Shown: piece by piece, positions 1-12,856 of the stretch | Layout of the letters: each line of letters opens with the position of its first letter | Numbering within the stretch: position 1 is the stretch's first letter | The notes under the pieces: model-generated | Told to the model about the DNA's origin: nothing | The model's input: only the letters and a program-made list of their open reading frames with translations | The model's database searches: none | Origin: Phoronis australis | Lineage: Eukaryota; Animalia; Phoronida | Direction of reading: 5' to 3' | NCBI GenBank assembly: GCA_002633005.1 | Contig: NMRA01000017.1 | Span: 1,444,944 to 1,508,943, forward strand | Length of the DNA stretch: 64,000 nt | Position numbers and translations under genes: made by a program

Positions 1-85
1 GGTAATTCTCCAATGCTTTGTACGTTGCGTTCTTCACACGAACGAGCCAAGTACGGCGAACTGTGTCATCCATCGGAAAGCGATG
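1..85. repeat. Dispersed repeat fragment shared with ~59443-59540
   Basis: aattctccaatgctttgtac...tgcgttcttcacacg...gccaagtacgg...tgtgtcat...aaagcgat recurs at ~59443-59540. Confidence 0.6.
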
Positions 86-451
86 CAAAGGTACCCAAAA
101 GCGCGCGTGAGCCGATAATTAGTACATCCCGGTACGCAGCAACGGTGTGGCATGTTGACTGACTAGTAAATGAAAGCAAACGACTACGGAACTTAACACA
201 ACTGAGGTAGAACAATGGCAGCTCTCACAGTCAGACTATATGAAAAGAAATTGGCGCGAAATGCTTGCCTCCTAAAACGTCACTTCCGGAATAGCGGACG
301 AGTAATTAATAAAATTACGAAAAGCTATAATTAAGTGGAAAATATGTCTAGGATAACCAACCAACCTTATTTTAACTCAAAATGACATGGAAAAAGGTTG
401 CCTTCGCCTTTAAGTATTTTAACAGTGTGTTGTTTGCTATTCAATTTTCAG

Positions 452-1708
452 AAATTGAGAAGCCTGGTGCTAAACAACTGTAATCGTATCAAACCTCGTG
501 CTCTTGCTGACATGTTGCAGTCTCTACCTAAGTTGAGAAGATTAGATCTAAGCGGAACTAGAGTCACAGATCAAGTTCTTACTGTCCTCGGTTACAGTTG
601 CCCTCATATTGTTGACCTGTCTTTGAAGGACACTGCCATCACTGATAGTGGCTTGGCTGCCTTGAATAAGAACCCATCCAATGGAAATCCAGGTTGTAGA
701 TTTTTGAAAAAGCTTGACATTTCTGGCATCGCTGTGCAAGGTCATGACCGAAGCTGGAATGGGGTTCGCATTGGAGGCACCTACTCACTGAGCTATAAGG
801 AGCTGGCTTCTCTTGTTAGCTATTGTGAAGATTTAGAAGTTCTTCATAGTGAGGACACCTATGGGGCGATAAAGATGTTACACATTACTGAGCCATCCAC
901 ACCGGGTAGCAAACTGAAACAAGTTAAGATTCACATTGGAGAGTCTGAGGAGAAACGTATTGATCTCCAGAAATTGTTTCCTTTAATTGTTGATGTTATC
1001 CTGGAAGGTCATTATCGCTGTGAAGAACTATTGAGCCTTGTTGAATGTCAACATTTACGCAGACTTAGTCTTCACACTGACCAAAAGTATACCCACACAC
1101 TTGATGCACTGGCTGAGGATGAGCAAATGTTCTTTTTTAACAAGGGTGTAGGACCACTTCTTGAATCTATAGGTGCTCGTCTGACCCACTTATCTCTTCA
1201 CCATGTGCCTTGTGTTCACGTGTCCACCATAGCCAAATTTTGCACAAACTTACAAAAATTAAGCCTTGAGTTCTTAGACATGCTTCATTTCACAGATGCA
1301 CCAAGTCTAGTCAAGCCATTGAACACGCTGCGGTCATTTGAATGCATAAATTCCAATCCAGATTCGCCGTTATGCCTAACCACTGTCTCAGCCATATGTT
1401 CCTTGCTATCATTAGCAATCAGTCTTGAATCACTTCATCTAGTTTATTTACTTGGACTGAAAGATCATCACATTCGGTCAGTTTTTGAAACCAATGCCAT
1501 GTCTGCCTTGAAAACAGTTTCTTTTTTGAACTGCCCCGATATTTCGCCCAAAGTAATTGATGAGTTGGTTTACTCTGAAAACGTGATAGAAAAACTCAGT
1601 ATCATTGATTGTAGACAAATTTACCTCTGTAAAGCCTGGATGAAGTATTGTCAAACTGAGAACAAGGCATTGGTTATTGATTTTGTTGCTCCTCCTTTCT
1701 TGTTCTGA
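452..1708 (+). CDS. Terminal exon of a leucine-rich-repeat protein (cysteine-containing LRR, F-box/LRR FBXL/AMN1-like); upstream exons lie outside the window
   Basis: Acceptor ttttcAG ends at 451 and the frame stays open to TGA at 1708. Repeated LxxLxLxxC/xxIT motifs: LRSLVLNNCNRI, LRRLDLSGTRVTD, IVDLSLKDTAITD, LKTVSFLNCPDIS, IEKLSIIDCRQI. Confidence 0.8.
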   Translation, partial: KLRSLVLNNCNRIKPRALADMLQSLPKLRRLDLSGTRVTDQVLTVLGYSCPHIVDLSLKDTAITDSGLAALNKNPSNGNPGCRFLKKLDISGIAVQGHDRSWNGVRIGGTYSLSYKELASLVSYCEDLEVLHSEDTYGAIKMLHITEPSTPGSKLKQVKIHIGESEEKRIDLQKLFPLIVDVILEGHYRCEELLSLVECQHLRRLSLHTDQKYTHTLDALAEDEQMFFFNKGVGPLLESIGARLTHLSLHHVPCVHVSTIAKFCTNLQKLSLEFLDMLHFTDAPSLVKPLNTLRSFECINSNPDSPLCLTTVSAICSLLSLAISLESLHLVYLLGLKDHHIRSVFETNAMSALKTVSFLNCPDISPKVIDELVYSENVIEKLSIIDCRQIYLCKAWMKYCQTENKALVIDFVAPPFLF

Positions 1709-2247
1709 CATTGCCACTTAGTGAGTAAGTGTAATCATCAGTCATGCAAATACCTTAATATTACCGCATTTACATACTGGATGTCTTAAAAATTTTTGAA
1801 CTGCAGCATTCTGGTAATGAAACTGTAAAAAAGGTGTATCCAATTGAATTATTTATTTTTGAGGAAATGAAATCACACCTAATGTGTACCAGACCAGACA
1901 TACATTGGATAACTGAAAAGTGTATTAAAGACAGATATGTCATGAACTTTAGTGCATTGATGTCTTTGGTGGTATGATGGGTTCATGGATCCACAGTTAT
2001 TGTGAAACAGCTGCCAGGAATTTGACTTTGTTATAATACTTTAAATGGTATATTTATGCTCCATTCATAAGATGTTTCATAGACGTAGAGTTATAACTCA
2101 TAGATTTGGCACAGTACATTAGAGAAGAATGGAACACAAAGCTCTTCAAAAATATCTTTTAAATCATTCCTGACGAAAGTGCCATCTTGCAACATCTGAT
2201 ACAGAGTTATTCACTTTTCCCTGTAAGGCGATTTCCAGAAAAAGTCA

Positions 2248-2797
2248 TGTGGTATATCAATGCGTGTTGCGGCCAACAGATGGCGCGCTCGTGGTAGTAA
2301 ATCAAAGAACACACGAATACTTTAACAATAGAATACGTCTATTAATTTGCAGCGTTGTGAATTACAAACAACAGATTACTTCGAGTTGTGAGACTGACGA
2401 CTGTTCGAATGAAACGATATATCGTTACAAGTGAAAGTATTAATCTACAGTGCCACCACCCGTAGCTACCGCACACGTTAATGCAATACAAGTCGCAACA
2501 TGAACTGACCCTCTAAAACAATCACTAGACTGGTTCAAATTGACTATCAGGCTGAGACCAACGCCTGTATTAAGTGTCTATACCTCAGCTCCTTGATTTG
2601 ACTTCGCTGAATTGATTTGTCTCGCCTCCGCTGTCGGCTTCTCCTGGAGATCAGGTCTGGGTCTGGTCTGGTGTCTCGGTCTGATGTCGTGGTCTATCTT
2701 GGTATCATGGTCTGTGTGGTCTTGATGGCCAATGCCTTAAATACTATTCTAGCTGGCATCATATGATGGGCCCATCTCGTGACGGTTGCACGTGACA
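2248..2797 (-). mobile_element. Possible solo LTR
   Basis: About 550 bp bounded by TGTG...TGACA, with an LTR-like layout on the minus strand (TATTTAA, short AGACC repeats). No TSD and no second copy found. Confidence 0.3.
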
Positions 2798-4900
2798 CTT
2801 GCATAAGTATTAATTAATCTGAATGGAGCTTACTCAGCACAATCAAATCAGCTAACTATTGAAACAATTCTTGCATAACACCTGTGATAAGTTCTACTAC
2901 AGTCAAAGATATGATTGTAATGCACTTTTAATTTTCGGAAACCTTAATTAAATGCAGAGGGCCTAGCCTCATTATATTACAGTCATTAACTTCACGATTT
3001 TTAAAATACCTGCTCAGAACGCTATAGTCACCACAGAGTTTCTAATCTCTTCCGCTTATGATAAACGGGCGCATGCGCTCACGGTCATGAACATGCAGCT
3101 GACTGTCAAGATGGATACTAACGACAGATTATCATGTGTCATTGCTTTCCGAATTTGAGGTCCGCTACACGATACGAGACAATCCAGTGACACAAGCGAT
3201 TCCCCAAAAAGAATTCTAAGCTCATTGTAGAATATATCTGAATACTAGGATACCTTTATAATTAATTTCAAACACTTACGATTCGCATCAGTTGCCGCTT
3301 AACCGGATTTTGAATTTTGACAGTAAAAGAAAAATGCTTTGTCATCTACAGAAATTCAATTTTTTTCGATTATACCCTAATAGCTTTTCTGCAGGTTGAA
3401 ATTCTGCTTCAGTGTCAGGAAGCCACTCTGAATAATGCAATTTAATCTGTTTTTTCGCGTTCCAGTTCTCTGTAACACGTCGGCCTTTGTACTTGTGAGA
3501 TGTAGGGCCTACTCATGAGAGCATCCTTATTGTAAATATATGTGACGGATTTGGCATAAACCATTTACATACACATTTATTATTATAACATATCTACTTT
3601 AGTACTTGTCATAAACATTTTATGCATTGACATCTGTAAGAGTTCCTAAGAGTCATTCATGAGTTCACGGTTGCTTCAGTGCCGAACTACTTCCTTGGTG
3701 TGTAACAATGCTCGACACGTACTTTAAAATGAGGTACTGTAATTTGTTAACTCAACATCGGACTCAGAATTGTGACCTACTTCTCCAAATATAGGTTGCG
3801 GCAGTACAATCGAATAATCCCCAGTGATTCATTTACTAAGAAAATGTATTTGTCAATCCTAAACGTAACAGTTATAGACAGTAACGTTACAAAATACGTC
3901 TCACCTTCGAACTGCCTCCTACAAATTGAGAGAATAGTCAAAACTATCAAAATGAGAGGTCGACGCATTGGATAGGAGAACTCAGCGAGCAGACTCGACA
4001 AAATGAAACGGCTACCCGACACCGAACTATGACTGAAAGTAAGGCAATGGACGTCAGTGTATGTGCTGGCCTAGCGGGACAGTTACTTGAATACGAGACC
4101 GCATCCACATGGGCCTATATGTGCCGAAAGTTTACAGTCCCCGGCGACAGCAACTCCACTGCATGGCTCCTAGCCACTGTGTATTTTGAACGCTGAATGG
4201 ACCCGATGATTTCTTTAAAAAGGCATGTCTCTCGGTTAACATTTCCTATAGAGGAAACTCAAAGAGGCGCAAAGTGCTCCATCAAAGTAACACTAGTCTT
4301 CTTGGTCGCTGCAAACCTAGGATTTCGTAACCATGGCCTCTTCCGTTCGGCTTACTTGTCTCGCATACTTAGTTCACTCACAAACTTTGAATCTATCCCA
4401 TTTCTGGCAACGGCAACGACCTTCTGAAGGAAGACAAAATGTGCCCTCACAACGTAGTTGAAGGCCGTGTACCGCATCCACCATAAACACACTGCCGCGA
4501 CATAGTGAGCTAAGGCCGCGAAAATGTAGAGCTGAGCACAATGAACACCCGATGGAAAAATAAAGCGCGTGCATTTCATTTGATCCATACTGGTACATCA
4601 CAATGGATAGTCAGTAACCGGCTATGTCCGTGGATTTTAGTACTGCAGCAACATCGTCCAGAATTTCAGTACAGTATATATTGCAGTTCCCAAGTCTCAT
4701 GATGGCTGTTAAGTAACCACTTTTAAGGTTCATTCAAAGACCTCTCTACATTCTCGGCTGGTTCATTACTGAATTTACGAGCGTCACCTGGTAGAAAACT
4801 TTGGAACTACCATTCCTGTTATTGAAGTTACCAAACTGACAATGTTACTACTTAATTGATAAAAACATTTAAAAAACGAGAAGCAACTGTTTTATTTATG

Positions 4901-4908
<8 letters not shown>

Positions 4909-4999
<91 letters not shown>
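4909..4999. repeat. (TA)n microsatellite, interrupted
   Basis: Long TA runs broken by catgtg and tg. Confidence 0.95.
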
Positions 5000-5171
5000 C
5001 ACTATAATTTGGCAGTAATCTTTCTCGTATACAAATTTCATTGAAGACACGACTTTGATCTGTTTTTACTAGTTTAATTTCTGTTCTTTCAAACTCTTTA
5101 AATAGAGATCTTATCTTTAGATCACGGCAGTGCAATAAAAATCCAAACGACATCACTAGGTAACATAATTT

Positions 5172-5285
5172 AAATACACAAAATGTACCAAGAGTGGCGT
5201 ACGTGAAGTAATATCCCACGAGACATTATTCCGCGTATCGACCGAGACCGAACGTTTTGTATTTATCCCGTACTTCCATTCGCTT
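5172..5285. repeat. Partial copy of the palindrome-ended repeat family (see 12857-13013)
   Basis: ggcgtac.tgaagtaa.atccca...gacattattccgcgtatcgacc...cgttttgtatttatccc matches 12857-13013, with one palindrome arm mostly deleted. Confidence 0.75.
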
Positions 5286-5964
5286 TCTGTACTCATTTCG
5301 TTACTTCAGTGTATTTTAAACGGGTCGTGACCGGATTTGGATTACCGATTTCGAGTTTTCACCTCGTCAAAAATACATTCTACACTTAAAACTATCATTT
5401 AAAAACGCTTACTTTCATCATTGGTCCTTTCTACTTCTATACATATCTTAAGCTTAGTTGTGAGAATTAAGTTGACTTTGGCGAACTTCACTTTTTTGGT
5501 TGCCGTTAATTTTATCACCACGTGCGCGATAACCATAAAGCGTGTCAACTGAATCACGTGAGTTAGGCAAAGGTTAGCGCGAGACTCAGCGAAGCGCGTG
5601 ACGCTAGCGCGTGACACTTGTAAAATAGCATGAGAAGGTATCGGGTGATACTTGTAAGATCTGTGTCCCTTAGACTTTTTATTCGTCAACATGCGTAATT
5701 TCACGTAACTTCCTCAAAATGGCACTTTGTAACTGAGAGAAACTCGAGCAAACCGCGACAGATTTTCATCGATTTTTTCAAGTTTTGCTGACTAAATTGT
5801 ATCCAGAGTCGTGGTATGTGTTAATTATAACTCCGTGTTCCTATATGTATGGTTCATTTGATTTTATTTGCTGTATTTTGAAATGAGTAACTTTTTGTGA
5901 GGACGTACTATCGCCCCGGAATGCCTGCGGAATCCAGTGCGATGTAATTGCCTAGCCTAGGGGC

Positions 5965-6270
5965 CATCGTGTGTGCAGCGAACATTTTCCTGGTGGAAAA
6001 AAGACGTATGAGAACATCATTCCGACGGAGTTTCCTCTTAAAATTAACGTCTCTAGCATATCCACGGCGAAAGCTACAAAAGTTAAGCAACCCAAGAACT
6101 ATCAACTTGTCTGAAACCGGAGGAGATTTCGAAATCAACGCCGATAGCCCCAATACTGAACATGACGACAGTCGTGCCCTCGGTCACACGGTCACTGATC
6201 ATAGCTACGCTGTGTTTACGAACGAGAGAGAGGACTTGCTTGGTATTATAAAGCAAAAAAATGAAACATG
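5965..6270 (+). pseudogene. Degenerate THAP-domain fragment, probably transposon-derived
   Basis: HRVCSEHFPGGKKTYENIIPTEF (5965-6033) fits the THAP C-terminal CSxHF...PT[I/V]F motif. After a frameshift come DHSY (6197-6208, an HCF-1-binding-type motif) and a coiled-coil-like segment. Confidence 0.55.
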
Positions 6271-8519
6271 GTTTTTAGTTTGCAAATCACTCCAAATGCA
6301 CACACTATCCAGCCTGCTCAAGACATGCCTGACCACAAGCTATCCCATGAGCCTTTGCGCAGGAAGTAACTCGCACATGCGCAATGCGAAGTTCGTTTGC
6401 GCTGCAAATCCGCTATTCGTGAGTTTCTTTTGGTTTCTTTCAGCACTTTATAAATACTTCACCCTGACTGTTTACGTGGCTAATCACAACCTGTTGTGTA
6501 TGTAACGTGCGCGTTATGTTGCTAATGAGTAAAAAAAAACAGTTTTAAATGTAATGGTTTATTACTTGAAATTGATAAAAAGTGTAAAAACGACAGTTAT
6601 CGTGCATTGAACTTGTATCATATTTCGAAAATAAACAAATAAGAATATTTATAACATTTTAAGATGCTCATCGGGTAGCTGCACTCATTCATGAAACTAG
6701 GTCATTGACCGGAACTGTAGCCTACACGTCGTCTGTTTCCACGAAAAGGATGTTAAAAGTGCCATCGTTGATGACAGCTCCGAGGAATACTGTAAAGTCG
6801 CACGATTTTCAGACGGCCCGCCATTTTCGACGAAGAATAAATATTTCCGAAATGAGTCCACGAAATTCGTACAAAGTCCAAAAACTGTTTTTCAATGATC
6901 CTCGAAGTTTGGACAATGTCATAAACGTCGGATTTTTGTCCGCGACTTTCGGACAAGGAAAATTTAGAAACGCCAATTTGGAATCGACGCAACTCCCGTG
7001 TCATTAAAGCGTTCAACAGTTGATTACTACTCTATATAGTACGGCTTGAATCCGAGAATCGGTGTAACGGGCTTTGTAATTTTTACCTTGTCTTGGCTTG
7101 ACGATGTCACGACCGTTACTCGATTGTCTTGCGTTTAGCTTGTGTTTGGCGCTTTAGCTATGAAAAGAATCGCCGAGTCCCGTATGATGAAAATTTCTGA
7201 TGAAAATACAAATGGGAAATACGCCGGTCTAATACGCCGGAAGCTGCAGTTTTTCGTTGTAGCGTAACATGTGCTCTGGTTTAATTAGACCGTGCTGTTC
7301 GACTTCCGACTGTGACATTGAACTTGCACGCCTGACTTCAACTTGCGTGTTTACGAAACGTTTTTATTTTTAAAACGTCCTGGCCTTTGCAAATGCCATT
7401 GTCAGTGGCTAAAATCTACCGACGACGTCTCCGGATTTTATCCTTGATGCGATGAGAAATATTTTTTGTTTAGGCCCCCATACACAATAGGCTACAGCCA
7501 AGTCTGTCCGTAGGATATCGCGCATTCAAAGTAGTGTAGATAGTGAACAGCAGCAGCCGAATGAGACGGAGCCAAAGTAAAGCTGGTTACAATTCAAACA
7601 TAGTGCAAGGCCCAGCACTCAGAAAGGCGCGCGGCGCACACGCAATTGTTACAGAGACATTGCATCCCTGTAATCGTGGCTTCGCTTGCAATGCCTCACC
7701 ATACGTCTCGAAGTCTTCAGTCTAGCATGCTCGTGAGATTCTCACCCTTGCGCCCCTGGACGCAGACTAGGGTAGAGTTCAGCAGCTGCCTTGGGAAATA
7801 CAAAAATCTAGCCAAAATACACAATGCATCACCTAATTTCATGAATTCTTGCTTTTTAGCGAAGTCCTAGCGTTACGAGCTTTACCCCTAAGTAAATCTA
7901 AAAAAGATTGAACTTGCGGCGACCCAATTTTGCTTGCTCATCCACTGGTCTGTGTACTTGTGATCTTGTTAATTCACAGCCTGTACCGTCTGAGGTACAA
8001 CCGGACCTGGACTCCATGGTGTCCCGAGATTAAGATGAATCCCGTCAAGGACACCGGGACCCAGTGGCACTCTCTGTCTGCGGCGACTAAGAAAATCCTC
8101 CACCAATCATTTCGAAATATGACAAGTCAGTTGAATCAGATTTGGTAGTCGTTGCTTCTAATTGTGGTCCTAGGGGTAGGCTAACAAGAATACAGGACCT
8201 GGAGTCCGATGCAACGGGCCTGGAACCTGATAGGTGTTTCCGACCCCGAGTTCCATATCTACTTTCCACAGGACCTTGTCTTCTTATCCATGTCACCGCC
8301 TTCAGTTGATAGTTTTGAGACAAAAAAGAAACGTGATCTTAAACTAAAGACCATGCTTTTTGTATTACTTAAGATAGTTTTAGAGGCATTTCAGCTGTAA
8401 GTGTTTTTAATTGTGTTTGATTCGAAAGAGATGACTGTTACATTGGTAATTATTATTGTTCTATTTTTACCCCAGGTGATGCATTACTTGCAGCAAAGGT
8501 AAATAATTTTGGGAAGTAT

Positions 8520-8793
8520 TACCAGCGATTTCCGTATATAAGTTCGGGAAACCAAACGTCTTATGTAAAAACACACCAGGGCCTATAGGCCTACTCAGCA
8601 ATGTCGAATACACGAACACAGTATAAATACTGTAGCTCACCCTAATTATATCGTAGTGGGAACAGCATTATTTTTAGGTTTCAATCATGCATTTTGATTT
8701 TCAGATATGCATCCCAGGTATATTTTAGGGAAAAATTTAAGATACGCAAATTGGCCATATATTCTGCTGGACTTATATACGGAAATCTACGGT
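8520..8793. mobile_element. Tc1/pogo-like MITE (~275 bp)
   Basis: Inverted termini tacc..gatttccgtatataagt (8520-8543) and acttatatacggaaatctacggt (8771-8793). Confidence 0.6.
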
Positions 8794-10279
8794 GGATCTT
8801 CTTAAACTTGTAAACCATGAAAATTTCATTGAGACAGTTTTGTTCTACTAAACATGTTCAACTAACATTCCGTTCATGCAAGTCGGTCAGTACGTTTCGC
8901 GTTTAAGGCGTTATTGCAACAGGTACAGTGTTGTTTTGATTTTTGTTTGATGTTTCCATATTCAACTTTGTTATGTATTCCTCTCTTCAGATAGTCACTG
9001 TTATTTTTCAACAACATTTCTGTACTTATAATGAAACTTCAGTAAACTCGCAACTGTTCATACTTTAAATGTTAGCAGAAAAGTGTAGTGTCCATCAGCA
9101 GAGACCTGTGGGAAGAACTATTTTCCTAACTGTAGCAAATATATGACGCAATGAAATGAAAACGGTCGAAATAGATAGATTGTAATTGGTTAAGTATATA
9201 TTAAGGAAGAAAATTAAGTATATAAATAGTAGACCGGTTCTTGAATTGTCTGGTTTACGTCCTTCATGAGTTCACGCTGTCCCAAATTGAATGCTTTCGT
9301 TTTTCTTTTCAGGTCGTCACGTACTAGTCGATTCTTCTAACAGTCGTAATCTGCCCAGTAGCCTATCGTATCAACGTGCGCAACAACGGTCTTGGCAAGG
9401 GGGTGCACCTACCAAACTCCCTTAGAATTAGTGGCACAAAATCGACATTGATGAGCAGCAGGAGGCGGGGGTGGCGTAAATTAGCAGTGACTGAGGGAGA
9501 CTGAGCTGCGCGAAATTGGTGACGACCGTGGACGGCGCTAAACTGGTGATGACTAGAAGAAACGGTCCTGTTATTTTCCACGCAGATTATCAGAAAATGT
9601 TAACGATTATCAGTTCCATTTCATCCACAAACAGATTTCACAAGTCAGAGTTTTCACTGTAGTTAAAAACGTAAACGAACCCAAATGTGTTAGGTCAGCT
9701 CAGTTGCATGAAGACGCGCCAGTGTATCTCTGAGTTAACATAGGGCGTTTCAAAGGCTGTGGATTAGAAAGGTTTTAATTGTAAAAAACGGTTGGGTGAA
9801 TTTGATGTTGGTAGGATTTGAAATTGCATTCGCTTTCTAGACAACGCCCTTATATATACAATATGTTAGTTAATGGTGTCTTCAGCCGCGCAGCACTGTA
9901 CTAGACGACGCATTCCCATCGTTTGCAGTAGGCCTAAACATGTAGAACGACAGCGCTTCTTCACCAATTCAGACGACTACCAGGACGACGAATGGGGATC
10001 ACGAGTCGATGAGAAGCTACTCATTTTACTATCATGATTGTCTTTGTAATCTGTTTTGGGTAATTGTTCATTCGAAGTTTTCATGTTGAAACTGAGCTTT
10101 CAGTTAATATGGAAATAAACGTGTCAGAGTTAACTTGCGTTTCGGTTTGTAACCAGCATACAATGCATGGATACGTTTAACAAACATAAATATATGTTAT
10201 GTTCTCGTCATTGTTCATCACTTTCTTCATTGAACTCGTTCCCACATCCATTACTGTTACGTTTAATGCAAAATTCGTT

Positions 10280-10705
10280 AAAATTGAGAAAGCGCATGTT
10301 TTGATGGTCAGGACGCAAGTCCAGCTTTTTATTGGGAAACCATGCGTTGACAGCGCAAACTCCACATTTTTTATTGAGAAAACGCATTTTTACAAAAGAG
10401 AATCAGTTGTCTGCAACGTTTCATGTGCGTCAACAACGCAAACCAGAGCCACTCATTGGAAAGCCCATATTTGTCACCAGGAAGACTAAGACTCTTTCTT
10501 CACAACGCAGCCCGATATTTCAAGTGAGATAGCGCAGTTTTGAAAAGATTCCGTCACTTGCCGAGAACAGTTTTTGAGCATCAGCAATGCAAGCCGAATA
10601 TTTCATATTGAGAAAGCGCATCTTTGAAAAGAAGAACTAACACTTGTCGGGAACGGTCTTTGTGGGTCGACAGCGCATATTCCTTATTGGGAAAGCCAGA
10701 TTTTC
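10280..10705 (+). repeat. Irregular array of ATTG(A/G)GAAAGCGCA-like motifs
   Basis: About seven recurrences (attgagaaagcgcat, attgggaaacc, attgagaaaacgcat, attggaaagccc, attgggaaagcc), typical of TE subterminal repeats. Confidence 0.45.
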
Positions 10706-11176
10706 AAAAATTAATCCCACAGACCATTTGAGTCTCATTTACCTGCAATTATACTGCTATCAAATGACCGAGCCAGCAATGTTGATACTACGACCGCTCA
10801 TCGAAATAATGTACACTCACGAAATTCGGACACTAGCGGAAACCCAAATTTGGAGGTGCGCCAAATTCGGACACCACAAAAATGATGTTTCGCGAGATTC
10901 GTCCAAGTATGAATATTTTTCAATTGGAATTAATTTTCATTGTCCTAAAATCGACTTTACCGTATGCCTGCTGTAGCGTTGTTGCAGGTACGTTGTCGCA
11001 TTTCTACGGATTCTGTAGCCTTGGTACAAAGCTTTATACTACATATACGACAGTCTGTTGATACAGCTAGCTGGCTGGCTACTGTAGCATGGATAGGTTA
11101 ACGTGTTGCTGGGACGGTCGTCGTTGCTGCTCGTGTAATACTGTCGCCGATAGTATCGGGTTCTGTCATGGCCAGT

Positions 11177-12610
11177 GACAACAATGTTTGATATTGTCGA
11201 GGAATCGGTGCTTGAGTTGCAGACGATATAATTTTTAGAAATTGAAAACTGTGACAGAACTGTCATATAATTAACAGTCCTGTTTCAGATGGGTACTAAA
11301 ATTAGGGACACTAGGGTTGACGACTTGTATTCCAAGCTGGGATTTATAAAAATAAGACAAAGAAATAAATATCTCTCTGCCTGTTGTATGTACAGATGTA
11401 TCAATGGCTTGGCTCCAGCATATCTCAGCAGTAAATTCAATAGCAGCCAGGCTGTATATTCTACACGTTCTTCTGTTGCTGGCAATGTTTATTCTAAAAA
11501 AATTAAAACCGAGACGGGCAAGAGATCTTTTATCTATGCAGCTGCTATAATATGGATTTTTTTTAGCCCAGAAATTAAACAGTCCAATTCAATTACTACT
11601 TTTAAAGTAAATATTAAAAAGTGGCTGTAATTTACTTGACCTTTTATACCCTCCCTGTCATAATCATGTCATTTTTTCATTGTCGTAAATATTCTCATTG
11701 TCTAGAATCATCTCTTAATTTATTTCATCTGTCTTAGTTAAATTTTTACCATTATTTGTCATTTAGTTATTGTCTTAATTCTCAACCTGTTTTAATTGTA
11801 TCTTTGTTACGTATATTTCATTGCTGTTTTATTACTTCATTGTATTATACCATTGTTGAGGGCCCTCTTGGAAAGCAGTGCTATCACTGAAGAGGCCACC
11901 CTCATTTTAAATATCACAATAATAAATAAATAAATAAATGTTACGATTGAGACTTGGTTGCATGTTGAGTGGTGTTTACACTGCTGTATTACTTTGAGCT
12001 ATTTTCCGAAAGTTTGATGATCTAACCGGCTAACGACATCGAGTCGACATTGACCTACCTTTTGACGATTGAACCAGTTGAAGACGTCGAGTCGACATTG
12101 ACCTACCTTTTGAACTTTCCATGATGTCAGAGGTCACTGTTGAAGTAGTGCGGTAGGTGAATACCGAAAACTTTATTACATGGCCGTATTTCCCTCGACA
12201 GATTCAACGCGTATGGGATAAATGTTTTTATCTTCATAGTTGCGCATGCCAACCTCACGTGTTCTATTGCATTTGTCGAAGGAAATACGGCCATGTAATA
12301 AAGTTTTCCGTATTCACCTCCTGCACTACTTCAACAGCGACCTCTGACATGGAATGTTCAAAAGGTAGGTCAATGTCGACTGGACGCCGTTAGCTGGTTC
12401 GATCACCAAATTTTCGGAAAATAGTTTAAAGTAATTCAATTATATCAGTGTAAATAACGCTCAACATACAATCAGGTCTCAATCGTAACATCTGGAACAG
12501 GACTGTTAATTATATGACAGTTCTGTCTCCGTTTTCATTTGCTAAATATTTTATTGTCTGCAACTCAGGTGCCGATTCCTCGGTAACTACAATATCAAAT
12601 ATTGTTGTTA
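11177..12610. repeat. Long inverted repeat (foldback) formed by two opposed copies of one repeat family; left arm split by a LINE insertion
   Basis: Left arm 11177-11291 plus 11938-12200 is the reverse complement of 12274-12610 (for example cagaactgtcatataattaacagtcctgtt vs aacaggactgttaattatatgacagttctg). Confidence 0.85.
11292..11937 (+). mobile_element. 5'-truncated CR1/L2-group LINE (ORF2 C-terminus, 3' UTR, (AAAT)n tail)
   Basis: MYRCINGLAPAYL...TRS...GKRSFIY...W...SITTFKVNIKKWL is a typical ORF2 tail. 3' stem-loop at 11858-11903, (AAAT)n tail and a short ATG duplication. Removing the insert restores the inverted-repeat arm. Confidence 0.85.
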
Positions 12611-12856
12611 TTTAACTATTTTTAGGAGGTGTTACAAGTTCAACGAAAAGGTACCCATATTTTCATCTTTGTTATATATTTTCAAGTAATAAATCGTCAC
12701 ATTTAATACTGTTTCTTTTACTAGAGAAGACTTGCAGTCTAATGCGCAAAAACATACATATAGGATGTGATCCGCCACGTGAGCAGTCTGAGTGAAGTAT
12801 TTAAATAATCTGCGAAAAAAAATGAAAGAAACTTAGGAATTCGAAGGGTATGGGAT

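Noticed and set aside
398-451. N-terminus of the 436-aa ORF from a TTG start
   Set aside because: Lies upstream of a clear splice acceptor and is intronic read-through.
2380-2436. Type I hammerhead (ctgacga...gaaacgatatatcgtt, palindromic stem III)
   Set aside because: Stems I and II do not pair adjacent to the core.
4856-5219. ORFs with IYIYIY runs
   Set aside because: Translation artefacts of the (TA)n microsatellite.
8353-9320. Micro-exon gene suggested by clustered AG/GT signals and a hydrophobic start (MLFVLLKIVL)
   Set aside because: Joining the first two candidate exons gives an immediate stop, and one candidate exon lies inside a MITE.
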